Positions 8,630-17,810 of a stretch of 45,032 bases of DNA are shown here, piece after piece. Under the pieces are notes generated by a model. That model was given only the letters and a program-made list of their open reading frames with translations, had not been told where the DNA came from and ran no database searches. The translations under genes and the position numbers were made by a program. The stretch comes from a virus (taxonomy: Duplodnaviria > Caudoviricetes), in IMG/VR virus record IMGVR_UViG_3300016476_000196, positions 1-45,032 of that record; one strand, written 5' to 3'. Within the stretch, counting starts at the first letter, position 1. Each line of letters starts with the position of its first letter.

Positions 8630-9890
8630 CTGGTAATCCTCCTAAGTCCTCTTCTGATATCTCTCTAAACTCTCCTGTGTTCCAGTCCCAGCATAGTGGT
8701 ACCTCGGCTAAACCTGAGTTACGACTCGCAACAATCTTCAATGTTCTTAGGTCGTCGTTCTCATCCTCTTGACGTTGTAGGCCAAAGATGACGTCGGCAT
8801 CCTGATGGAAGGAGGATGAGTAACCGATAGAGTCCGCAGAAACCTGACCCTTCTTCATCTTCCACGCCAGTACCTGAGTCGATATAACGATAGGTTTATT
8901 AATCTTTTGCGCCAGTCTCTTTAAAGATCTAGTGATGTTAGTTAAGGCTTGAGGAGTATTTGACTCCCCGCTCTGTTCATCAATCATGAGGTAGGTACCA
9001 TCAATGAATACGATGTCTGGGTTACGGCTTTGGATTTTGCTAGCAATACCGCTTACAGTCTGACCACTTGCAGAATCAACGAACCAAAACTTATCTCTCA
9101 TGTCTTGAATAGCTTTTACCTTGCTGTAGTAACGCGCCTCTTCCTCAGGGCTCAAAGAACCAGTCATAAGTCTGCGATGGCTGATACGGGCCCGCATTGC
9201 GTAGTAACGGCTTTCCTGCTCTGCGTTACTCATCTCAAAAGAGTAGAACATAGGAACCTTACCCTCTAGGTGGGCGTTGATTGCAATCTGCAAAGCAAGA
9301 GTTGACTTACCAGTCTTAGGCGGAGCAATGATCACAACGAGCTGACCTGGTTGTAACCCAGAGGTAGCCTCATCCATAGTAGGAAAGCCTGTTGGTATAC
9401 CAAGAAGGCCGGGGTTGTTCTTACGATGCTCGTAATCATCAATAGCCTTAACAGCCGCCTTTGTAACTTCAAGATCGTTTGATTTATTAAGGCCTTCTTC
9501 TTCAAGCTTTATTAGACCAACTTCGATAGCTCTTAGCGCAGCCTCGTGGTCTTGATTCTTCTCCATTGACTCGATGGCCGAACCAATAGTCGTGATAATT
9601 CTCTGCTTGCGACGTTCAGCAACTAGTACATCTATCAAATAAAAAATTGTGTCTTCAACAACTAAAGGTTCGTAAGTTGGAAAGTTAGATTTAATTACAT
9701 CAATGCTGGGGCACTCTTGATAGTTAGCGTAATGGTCGTGTAAAAAACGAAATAGTTTTTTGTCCGCAGGATCGGCAAACCAAGACTCATTGATGTTACT
9801 TTCAAGAGCTAAAGACAAATCTCTGTCTTTAATTATCTTGCTTAAAAGTCTTGCTTGGTTATTCATAGTGACCCCATATCTAAACCCCAA
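8619..9890 (-). CDS. dnaB: DnaB-like replicative helicase (likely start ATG 9866)
   Basis: GIPTGF..D..T.GLQPG, APPKTGKS, SFEMS, VFIDG, LKRLA...PIV..Q, QDAD. Confidence 0.95.
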   Translation of the reverse strand: MGFRYGVTMNNQARLLSKIIKDRDLSLALESNINESWFADPADKKLFRFLHDHYANYQECPSIDVIKSNFPTYEPLVVEDTIFYLIDVLVAERRKQRIITTIGSAIESMEKNQDHEAALRAIEVGLIKLEEEGLNKSNDLEVTKAAVKAIDDYEHRKNNPGLLGIPTGFPTMDEATSGLQPGQLVVIIAPPKTGKSTLALQIAINAHLEGKVPMFYSFEMSNAEQESRYYAMRARISHRRLMTGSLSPEEEARYYSKVKAIQDMRDKFWFVDSASGQTVSGIASKIQSRNPDIVFIDGTYLMIDEQSGESNTPQALTNITRSLKRLAQKINKPIVISTQVLAWKMKKGQVSADSIGYSSSFHQDADVIFGLQRQEDENDDLRTLKIVASRNSGLAEVPLCWDWNTGEFREISEEDLGGLPDDF

Positions 9891-10270
9891 TGACCGTATC
9901 TAAGCAGACGATCAGGTAAATCTAAAACACCTACGACCTCTGGTCGAATCGGAAGTTCAGCTACTAGATGACCTATCGATTCGTAAGAGGTGTAGTATCT
10001 AAATGGGTTAGTACCCATATTGTCAAGCATGTCTATAAGTTGAGATAAATCGTCAGTAGACATGTCATAAGAAACCAATTCAAGCGTGGTTCCTGTGCGA
10101 GTGGCGTAGACGTATAGCCAACTAAGTGTTTGTCGATTTACCTTTCTATCCACTTTTGGGACAGGGATAATCTTCAAACGTTTTTTTATGGTGACCTCAG
10201 CCGTTAAGAATGTATCAGTAGTTACGATTATTCTTTTCGGGAGATCATTGCTGATGTCTCCCTTAAGCAA
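9863..10270 (-). CDS. hypothetical protein
   Basis: 135-aa ORF tightly packed in the replication operon. Confidence 0.65.
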   Translation of the reverse strand: MLKGDISNDLPKRIIVTTDTFLTAEVTIKKRLKIIPVPKVDRKVNRQTLSWLYVYATRTGTTLELVSYDMSTDDLSQLIDMLDNMGTNPFRYYTSYESIGHLVAELPIRPEVVGVLDLPDRLLRYGHWGLDMGSL

Positions 10271-10271
10271 G

Positions 10272-10592
10272 TTAGATAACCTCTACTTTTCCAAACTTTA
10301 TAATGAACTCTCTAAAGTCCTTTACAGAGCGCTTTGCTTTTTCTGCATCCTCTACTGTAGCTCTGCTAGAAATCTCTAATGGGTAACCGTTACCGTTGTT
10401 GGCTTCAACGCGAGCCTTTACAAACCTAACATGCTTGCAGGTATTACGGCTTGAAAAACCAGGGCAGGTGCAGTGGTACTTATCAGTGCTTTCGCTGTAA
10501 GAGACTTCGTAAACACCTGAGGCACCTGTACTTGTGTTAGGCAAAAATACTTGAACCAATTTTAGATCAGCAAGCATTGGCGTTTCTTTCAT
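10272..10592 (-). CDS. SWIM zinc-finger protein
   Basis: YEVS...CTCPGF....CKH matches CxC-xn-CxH. Confidence 0.8.
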   Translation of the reverse strand: MKETPMLADLKLVQVFLPNTSTGASGVYEVSYSESTDKYHCTCPGFSSRNTCKHVRFVKARVEANNGNGYPLEISSRATVEDAEKAKRSVKDFREFIIKFGKVEVI

Positions 10593-11278
10593 CGCAAGTC
10601 TCCTCGTGTTGGGTTGATGGGCAGGTAAGTGAAAGCTTCTTTAGCGAAGCTAGCAGTTGCGTCACCATATAGGCCATCCCAGTTCTCACGAGCGATATTC
10701 GTAGTGACTATGGTAGGCAATCCGTTGTTAAAACGTGTGCGCAACACATGATGAAGTAGATTTTTTTGCCAGCCCGACAGGGTGGAGTGCTCCTTACCCA
10801 CGTCGTCTATTACTAAAACTCGTATGTTGTAGGAATCATCTTTGCATTCACCGAGAACCCCAGACCAAAGAAGGATATCTTCTTCTGTTGGGTAGTCATC
10901 CATAGACCTACCCTTTAGGTCTAGCAAGTCGTTGAAGGTGGCGAAGTAGCAAGGCTTTAACAACACCTTGTTTTCTGTTGGAGCAAAAGCCTCTAGAGGA
11001 AGCTTTGTAAGAAGCTCTTGGATAATTGCAAGGCTAAGTGTGGTCTTTCCAATACCTGGGCGTCCGTAAATTAAAATACCGTTTCCGCAGCTTTTCTTTC
11101 CTACGGCCTTTATGACCGAGCCATTCTTTACCAACTTCAGCCACAGCTTTACTGACGCTAAATCATCCTCAGTAAGATCAACGCAGTCACTTAACAGGTA
11201 CCCAACTCGTGCGCTAGGTATGCCAGCAACCTTAACCCACGATCTACGGATTAACTGTAAATCAGTTAACTTAAACAA
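10589..11278 (-). CDS. DnaC/IstB-like AAA+ ATPase (helicase loader)
   Basis: GRPGIGKT, VLVIDDVGKE, RTRFNNGLPTIVTTN. Confidence 0.9.
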   Translation of the reverse strand: MFKLTDLQLIRRSWVKVAGIPSARVGYLLSDCVDLTEDDLASVKLWLKLVKNGSVIKAVGKKSCGNGILIYGRPGIGKTTLSLAIIQELLTKLPLEAFAPTENKVLLKPCYFATFNDLLDLKGRSMDDYPTEEDILLWSGVLGECKDDSYNIRVLVIDDVGKEHSTLSGWQKNLLHHVLRTRFNNGLPTIVTTNIARENWDGLYGDATASFAKEAFTYLPINPTRGDLR

Positions 11279-12148
11279 TTAAAGACCCTCTTCCTCTGCG
11301 AACGCTTTGAGTTTATCAAGCGACTTTGACGCCTGTACCTCTGCCAGTTCGAGCTTCTCCTCCGTAACAGTACTACGTTCTACGGCAGTGCGTAAAGACT
11401 CAAATTGTGAGATGAACTTCTTCCAAATGATTTCTGGGTTGTCAAGCTTTTTATCCTGAGAAATCTGTTTGAAGAACAGATCGTACATTTGGTTCTCAAC
11501 CACACCGTCTGTCCCGTAAGTGTTACGAGCATTAGCCAAGGCAATTCGAAATCTACTCTTGGTAACCTGCCAAGGCTTTACATGGAACAGATTAAACATA
11601 CGAGACCCAAACTCAAAAGCACTATCGGTAACAGACCATGCAGCCGGATCCATGCTTCGACGCTGCATACGCTGGTCAGCCTTCTGATCTAGATGCGCAA
11701 CCTTCTCCTCGTGCTTCTGCTTAGTCTGACGACGGCGAGCTTGGTCGATATCGTCTGGGTCATAGGCGGCCGGAAAGTCGGACATTTTTCCTCCCTCAAG
11801 ATTTACTTTTAAGAACTCTTCCTCATCTCCCGGCTCCGCCGGGATATTCGGTAAATAAAGATAGAAATTACTATTACGTAGTAATTGCTTATTTCTCTGT
11901 ACCTCTTGGAACAGAAGACGGGTTTCTGGGGTCCAGTTTTCAGGGTCCACGACACGGCTTAAGGTCATGATTCGACCCCCAACCCTCTGCTTTTTGGTCT
12001 CAATAAGCCCTAACTCCCTTAGCTCTCTAAGGGTCGTAGACATGGCTTCGCGTCCTTCTGTAAATACCCCAGAAAGGGCTTCAGCGCTTATTTTAGACCT
12101 TGACAGGTACAAGTAGGTGTAGACACCTAGAGCACGGGCAGAAATCAC
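11279..12148 (-). CDS. probable replication initiator with N-terminal winged HTH
   Basis: ARALGVYTYL...EGREAM...LRELRELGLI N-terminus typical of phage replisome organizers; directly upstream of the DnaC-like gene. Confidence 0.7.
   Translation of the reverse strand: MISARALGVYTYLYLSRSKISAEALSGVFTEGREAMSTTLRELRELGLIETKKQRVGGRIMTLSRVVDPENWTPETRLLFQEVQRNKQLLRNSNFYLYLPNIPAEPGDEEEFLKVNLEGGKMSDFPAAYDPDDIDQARRRQTKQKHEEKVAHLDQKADQRMQRRSMDPAAWSVTDSAFEFGSRMFNLFHVKPWQVTKSRFRIALANARNTYGTDGVVENQMYDLFFKQISQDKKLDNPEIIWKKFISQFESLRTAVERSTVTEEKLELAEVQASKSLDKLKAFAEEEGL
11828..11949. other. candidate replication origin inside the initiator gene
   Basis: Palindrome TCCCGGC/GCCGGGA (11828-11844); AT-rich stretch with AATTACTA/TAGTAATT (11866-11886); imperfect 14-bp tandem repeat (11922-11949). 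Confidence 0.4.
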
Positions 12149-12822
12149 GCCTCAGGTGCCTCCGGAGCCTTTTTTAACTCTTCGACGACTTGCTTGGCGA
12201 CTTCCTTCGCGATGAACTTGGCGATGGCTTCGAGACCGAAATAGACATCGTCCATTTCTTCGTACTCTTCTTCGTCTTCGTCTTCGTCGTCGTCCTCTTC
12301 TTCCTCTTCTTCGTCATCCTCCTCCTCATCCTCTTCCTTCTTTGACTTGTACTCAAGGGTCTCCTGTTCAGGGATGACCGGCGTTTGGCTAGGCTTGATG
12401 TCTTCAGATGGGGTTAGGGGAAGTAGGCCTTCAGTTAGATCAAAGCAAGGTATCCCTACCTCTTTGGCTAACGCAAGGATGTTTTGACAGTCTGAGTCTT
12501 CGTCTGCCCATAACAAGAAAGCTGATGCGTCTAAGCCCTTTAGGAAAGAAAGGGCGCTAGATACAGGGTCATCGCTTAGTTCAACGCTGGCGCTAGGTGC
12601 GCCGTCGAATCTACCGTTGGCTGTAGTAAACAGCAGTAGATCTTTATCTTTATCCTTTGAGAATTGAATCGCCTGTACCTGTTCAGGGCTAGGCTTTGTT
12701 TGGTAAGTAACGACTAACGTGCCGTTCTTTCCTTTTGCATAGTAATGATCTTCTAGTAAAGCTTCGATATTAGCTCGGCTTGTTTTCCCGCTACCAGCGA
12801 CGAGAACGTAGTACCTGTCCAT
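12145..12822 (-). CDS. hypothetical protein with a long Asp/Glu tract
   Basis: Alpha/beta N-terminus (VLVAGSGKTS) plus EEDEEEDDEEEEEEDDDEDEDEEEYEE; SD GAGGAGG. Confidence 0.7.
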   Translation of the reverse strand: MDRYYVLVAGSGKTSRANIEALLEDHYYAKGKNGTLVVTYQTKPSPEQVQAIQFSKDKDKDLLLFTTANGRFDGAPSASVELSDDPVSSALSFLKGLDASAFLLWADEDSDCQNILALAKEVGIPCFDLTEGLLPLTPSEDIKPSQTPVIPEQETLEYKSKKEEDEEEDDEEEEEEDDDEDEDEEEYEEMDDVYFGLEAIAKFIAKEVAKQVVEELKKAPEAPEA

Positions 12823-12859
12823 AGGACCTCCTCTTTTAGGGTGGCCCTACCATACACGA

Positions 12860-13135
12860 TTATCTAGACTGGTTAATCACCGCGGGGCGGTATGTCGCTA
12901 TTTTTTCGGCAACGAGGAGAAGGGCGCTACCGAAATAGGAGCATGCGACTGTCCATAGGATCAGTTCTTTTAGGTCTGACTTGCCCAGTAGATAGTTTCC
13001 TAGGTACGAGAATCCGAGAGAAAGAACGATATTGATAAAAAGTTTATTTATAAATATCGCTAATACTTCTACCAATGGGGCAAAGGCCGCAAGAAAAAAT
13101 GCGGTGAACATACCGACTAGGAGCAGATCTAACAT
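12860..13135 (-). CDS. small membrane protein, holin-like
   Basis: 91 aa with about three hydrophobic segments and a basic C-terminus, at the end of the late operon. Confidence 0.5.
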   Translation of the reverse strand: MLDLLLVGMFTAFFLAAFAPLVEVLAIFINKLFINIVLSLGFSYLGNYLLGKSDLKELILWTVACSYFGSALLLVAEKIATYRPAVINQSR

Positions 13136-13147
13136 GCCCCAATCGTA

Positions 13148-15679
13148 CTATGTCTGAGGCTGTGCTAGGTACACCGCAAAGGTTGTACCAAGGTAAACGT
13201 AATTATCCAGTAGCTCATCGGTCAGACGTGTCTGCACTGAGAATCTATTTTTGTATAGGTGGCTTCTTGATTCGTTCTCAACGCCTTCCCAGATCAGATC
13301 TGTAGCTTCGCTAGGACCGTGGGTACCGTCAAAGTACGGAAGGATTACGCCTACGTTTTCAAATAGAGCAGAATCTAGAATAAGAACTGTTCCGCTGATA
13401 ACGTCCCATGTGAGTTCTACGTGGGCATAGGCCGCGTTTGCGGGAGCAGTAGCAATCATGGTGATTCGATCCCAACTGGTTCCGCTCGCATCAACAATAA
13501 ACTCATTACCTACAGATGTGCCGATAACTGTTTTAGTGCTGTCATACCAAACTATTGATGGGGTAACTTCTTCATTACCGGCAACGTCTAATTGGGCATA
13601 AACACTGAACGCGTAAGAAGTGCTTGGGTAATGAATGCCCATCAAATCAGATGGCGCAGTAGTTGATTTAATAGAAACTGTAGAACCTGTTGCGCTTACG
13701 AACAAAGAGTTTCCAGACAAGTACGTTGTGCCTGTAACCGCTGTTCTTGCGACATCTGGTGTTGTTAACGCATAGGTAAATGTTTTAGATGCTTCTAGAG
13801 GGTTTGTTAAATTTACTCCAGAGTCAGCTACTGTAAAGATACCATCGTAAGGTGCGCCTAAACCAGAGATAACCATTTGCGATCCAGACTCGACGTCATG
13901 GCTTACGGTGGTCTCTATAGTTACCACGTTACTGCTTACAGTTAAATACCCGATTTGAAATACTTCTGCATCAGGTTCTTGAGCATATGCCGCCACAGAT
14001 GTGGTTGCTCCAGTTACCGACCATGGGGCTATAGGTGCCTCAAAGTGCGGGTTAACTAGTTCGTTAATACGAGTAGCTCTGAGAGTTATTTGCAATTGAC
14101 GGGCTTCTTGGAAAGCAGTAACTGATGTTGATTGTTCAAATTGCGCACAATCAAAGTAATGAAACTCTGTTCCAGAATTTGTAGCGGCAACAACTGTTAG
14201 TTTAGGTACAGCGTAGTATGCACCTGTTGGAGCAACAGCTGTCACTTCAGGTCTAGCAGTCAAAGTGTTAAGGACAGTAGACACCGCGGTTCCTGAAGAC
14301 TCCGAAATAAAAGTACCTAGTCTATTGAACCAGCGAATCTTGGCCTGTATGTTTCTTACAGTTCCCATAGATCCGGCGTACACGCTAAACGCGTATGGGG
14401 AGCCGGCGGTTACTGGAACACCTTTAGTAATAGGGTTGTCCAAACCGCATTCAATATCTACGTTACCTGTACCAGAAGTTCTGTTTACTGACAGAATTCC
14501 TTTTTGTTTATTTGGGTAATTTGCTGGAGCAGTAGCCTCAACGTGAGGAACTGGGTACAACGTGACTGTTGGATACTCTTCAGTTTCTGGATTAAATAGT
14601 GATGTGGATGGAAACGTAGTAACAGTTGAGGCAAACGAAATAGTTGTTGCTGTTACCCCAGTAATTGTTACAGGAGTAACGGATCCCGTGTTAAACGCTG
14701 GGTATTTTGACCCGCTAATGAATACTTTTTGATTTACTTTAAGGTTGTGGGATCCAATTGTTAATGTGGCAACGCTGGTAGCCACAACAATTCTTGTAGC
14801 TTCTTTTTGCGTAAGGGCTACGACGCTGACGTTATTAGTGCTAGAAGCCCAGTGACCTTTGCTCTCTTCAAAAGAAGAATCGTTGTAGTCAAGCATTAGG
14901 TTCTTGCCCATTAACAGACCGTTGATACTTGGGTTTGGTGTTCCAGTAATAGGTTGAGGGACTCCGTAGCCGGTAAAGGCTTTAATAAACTCTCTTAATC
15001 CGTCTTCGCTACCTTTTTTCTTTCCAATCTCAATAGCGTCACGAATAAGAATACGGGCTTGTTGAAACCCAATTTCTGGTTCATATGTAAGACCAAATTG
15101 TTTTAGGAATAAAGGTAACAATACTCCGTTAACACGTTCTAAGTTATATCTATCTTCCAATAGAGCTGTTAGGGTGTGGGTCTGATCTAATTGAAAACCA
15201 AACAAAGACAAGAACTTATATAGGTCTTGATTGTGAAGGCTGTCGTCTGCGTTGTACAACCGCTCAATCTTAGTAATTTCAGGTAGCCAATCGTAAAGCT
15301 TGGTTCTGTAGTTGTAGTCTTTTACTGATAGACCGAGGGCGCTACCTGCTCGTTTCCAAGAGTAAGAGACAGTATCAAACACAAATAGTGAGTAGTAGTA
15401 AAACGCGCCTTGTAAAAGCCCTGTGTTATCTAAGAATACCGTTGGGTCTAGCTCTTTAGACGTAGCAACAAGCAGGTCTCCATCAAACGCGTTTACTGGA
15501 AAACCGTAAGGGTTTCTAACTAAACGTATTTTTGACCAGCTACCTGTAGGGCTATTCCATGCAAGTTGGATAGAGCCATAGCCATAAGGCTTTGCTGTGA
15601 AGTTAGAGGCTACGAAACTTACAGGGTTATCAGGACCGTAGTAAGCAATTCCGTAGTAGCTAAGACCATAACGCGCCAT
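13148..15679 (-). CDS. baseplate wedge/tail protein with FN3-like and carbohydrate-binding-like domains
   Basis: Follows baseplate J; P2 gpI-like segment (LYKFL..FGFQLD...KKKGS.DGL); two CBM-like domains (NLMLDYNDSSFE, NELVNPHFE). Confidence 0.75.
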   Translation of the reverse strand: MARYGLSYYGIAYYGPDNPVSFVASNFTAKPYGYGSIQLAWNSPTGSWSKIRLVRNPYGFPVNAFDGDLLVATSKELDPTVFLDNTGLLQGAFYYYSLFVFDTVSYSWKRAGSALGLSVKDYNYRTKLYDWLPEITKIERLYNADDSLHNQDLYKFLSLFGFQLDQTHTLTALLEDRYNLERVNGVLLPLFLKQFGLTYEPEIGFQQARILIRDAIEIGKKKGSEDGLREFIKAFTGYGVPQPITGTPNPSINGLLMGKNLMLDYNDSSFEESKGHWASSTNNVSVVALTQKEATRIVVATSVATLTIGSHNLKVNQKVFISGSKYPAFNTGSVTPVTITGVTATTISFASTVTTFPSTSLFNPETEEYPTVTLYPVPHVEATAPANYPNKQKGILSVNRTSGTGNVDIECGLDNPITKGVPVTAGSPYAFSVYAGSMGTVRNIQAKIRWFNRLGTFISESSGTAVSTVLNTLTARPEVTAVAPTGAYYAVPKLTVVAATNSGTEFHYFDCAQFEQSTSVTAFQEARQLQITLRATRINELVNPHFEAPIAPWSVTGATTSVAAYAQEPDAEVFQIGYLTVSSNVVTIETTVSHDVESGSQMVISGLGAPYDGIFTVADSGVNLTNPLEASKTFTYALTTPDVARTAVTGTTYLSGNSLFVSATGSTVSIKSTTAPSDLMGIHYPSTSYAFSVYAQLDVAGNEEVTPSIVWYDSTKTVIGTSVGNEFIVDASGTSWDRITMIATAPANAAYAHVELTWDVISGTVLILDSALFENVGVILPYFDGTHGPSEATDLIWEGVENESRSHLYKNRFSVQTRLTDELLDNYVYLGTTFAVYLAQPQT

Positions 15680-17388
15680 TAGTTTGTAATACCTCCAGTG
15701 AGGGTTAGAGAGATAGCTCCAGCCTGTGGAATCTCATTGATAGCGCAGATAACGTCGTTAGAGGATAGTGCGGTTGTTTGCCCTGTTGCAGCAGTCGATG
15801 TTACGTTGGCTGCTACTAAAGCGTAGGAGAAAGTAGTGGACGCAACCGCAGTTACTACAAATGTCCCATCAAATGTTGAGTCCACGCCTGTAACCTTTAC
15901 AGTGTTTCCTACTGCAAGACTGTGTGTGCCAATGGTTAGAGTGGCTACATTTGAGGTAAGAGCCTTGTTTGTAACTGTATAGGTAGCGTCTTGATCGTCT
16001 CTAATTAGTTTGCTGACCTGTACGTAGCCAACCCCTGGAATCGAACTTACCGCTGTGATTACGTCTTGTAGGCTGATTCGATCTGCAAAGACTACGTTAT
16101 CGAAAGAAAGTAGTTCGTTAAGGATTGATTGAGCAGCTGTTTGAATAGTGCTTTGACGATATTGTGGCAAACACGTGATTGCAGCGGTTATGTTCACATC
16201 CACATATGAAGGTGGCTGGAATGTAACTGTGGTGTTTGCTGGAATCTTATCTACTAAGTAACTGGTAGCTGTTGTGGCTAAGGCGTTGAACACCGAAGAT
16301 GGTGTCACCCCATCTACTTGAACTCCAGAGTCTCCGTAAGGTGCAAAGAACACGGTAACGCTTGTATAGACATCAGCTACAGATACTGCTTTAGCAATTC
16401 CACTAACCTGTAAAGTCAAAGATGAATAGTCTGAGAGTGACACCGCTCGGTTCAAAGCGCGGGTGCTAAGAGGAGCATTAACTCGAATAGAGTCTGTAGA
16501 TTCAGCGTCAGCTCCTCCAGTAGCAGCTCCTGTATCAGATACAGAAATGTATTGGTTTAGAACGGTAAGCCCCGGTACAGCATTTGTTTCAATGTACTTA
16601 AGGGTATTTACCGCAACGTTACCTGAAGCACCACCACCTACGCGGTAAGTGGCAACAATCTGAGCGTTGTTAGGTGGAACGCGTCCGCTAACTCCATCTC
16701 CAAATACTATGTATGTGGTTCCTGTAGCGTTAGTCAAGGTTGTGTAAACAGGATCGTATCCTTGGTAGTCAATAAGATACGGCACTTCAGTGTAGGCAAC
16801 ACCGCCCACGGTGACCTCAGTGCTTCCATTAATTACTGGGGTTTGGGTTAGTTGGTACACCTGATTTACTTGACCTGTAGATGTACCGATGACTTCCCCG
16901 CTTACTGTTTCTCCTTGTGTAGCAGAGACTGTTGCAGAGCCGTCAACGATTCCTACTTTGGCCGGGACAGTTACAGCCGCGTCTGTCTCAAAAATTATAC
17001 GAGTGGTATTGCCACTTACTACAGTTGTAGTAGAGACCTGTGTAAGAGCTGGCACTGTAATTGGTGAAGCGGTTGAGTTCTTAAAGGTTAGCGTTACAGT
17101 GGCAGCCGAGGTCTCAGTTGGACGATAGCTGAGGAGGCGGGCAATCTGAAGAACGCTTTCTCGTTGGCTTGCGGTAGTAATGAAGCCTTCGTTAGCAGCC
17201 TTGTCGATGTAAAAGTTAAGGATGTCATGGCTCATGGCAAAGTCCTCAAGGAGGGTCATGCCAAAGTCCGCAGGGTCGCGGTTAGTCCATTCAGGGGCAT
17301 ACTCAGGAATAAGGTCAATCATGTCCTGACGAATTGACTCGTAGTCACGAGATGTGTAATCCGTTTGTGGGATGTAGTTGCTTGCCAT
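15679..17388 (-). CDS. baseplate J / gp6-like wedge protein
   Basis: DYTSRDYESIR...PEWT.RDPADFG, FGDGVSGRVP, YRVGGG..GNV, GGADAES, RAVSLSDY. Confidence 0.93.
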   Translation of the reverse strand: MASNYIPQTDYTSRDYESIRQDMIDLIPEYAPEWTNRDPADFGMTLLEDFAMSHDILNFYIDKAANEGFITTASQRESVLQIARLLSYRPTETSAATVTLTFKNSTASPITVPALTQVSTTTVVSGNTTRIIFETDAAVTVPAKVGIVDGSATVSATQGETVSGEVIGTSTGQVNQVYQLTQTPVINGSTEVTVGGVAYTEVPYLIDYQGYDPVYTTLTNATGTTYIVFGDGVSGRVPPNNAQIVATYRVGGGASGNVAVNTLKYIETNAVPGLTVLNQYISVSDTGAATGGADAESTDSIRVNAPLSTRALNRAVSLSDYSSLTLQVSGIAKAVSVADVYTSVTVFFAPYGDSGVQVDGVTPSSVFNALATTATSYLVDKIPANTTVTFQPPSYVDVNITAAITCLPQYRQSTIQTAAQSILNELLSFDNVVFADRISLQDVITAVSSIPGVGYVQVSKLIRDDQDATYTVTNKALTSNVATLTIGTHSLAVGNTVKVTGVDSTFDGTFVVTAVASTTFSYALVAANVTSTAATGQTTALSSNDVICAINEIPQAGAISLTLTGGITN

Positions 17389-17810
17389 TATTCACTTACC
17401 TCCAGAATGGTTTCGCCTGACCTAGAAAGGATAGCGGTTTTTATTTTGACTCTCTGCTCATTTTCTCTAGGGCTGTATCGGTATCCGACCTCTAAAACTA
17501 TAAACCCGTCAACAGGATCAACAGTAGTAGTTACACTAATTAGCTCTAATTGACTTAACCATCGGCTAAACGCTACCGATACGGATTTTCTAATCATCGT
17601 CACTGCGGCATCTTCAGTTTCAAATAGGGAGTCTTTAACCTCACTACCAAAGGTTGGACGCATAACGCGCTCGCCAAGGCGGGTCATTAAAACGAGGACG
17701 ACGCGGTCTTGCCACATCTTTTTCTCGTCTTGGGTGTAAGCAACGGCCCCAGACGAATCAAAAGAAAAGGGAAGGGATATAGCCTTAGGCATTACTGTCC
17801 TCCAATCCAT
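17388..17810 (-). CDS. gp25/GpW-like baseplate protein (likely start ATG 17792)
   Basis: ISLPF...LMTRLGERVMRPTFGS motif. Confidence 0.92.
   Translation of the reverse strand: MDWRTVMPKAISLPFSFDSSGAVAYTQDEKKMWQDRVVLVLMTRLGERVMRPTFGSEVKDSLFETEDAAVTMIRKSVSVAFSRWLSQLELISVTTTVDPVDGFIVLEVGYRYSPRENEQRVKIKTAILSRSGETILEVSE

Noticed and set aside
12174-12356. 60-aa Arg/Lys/Thr-rich ORF
   Set aside because: Alternative-frame reading of the GAR/GAY acidic tract.
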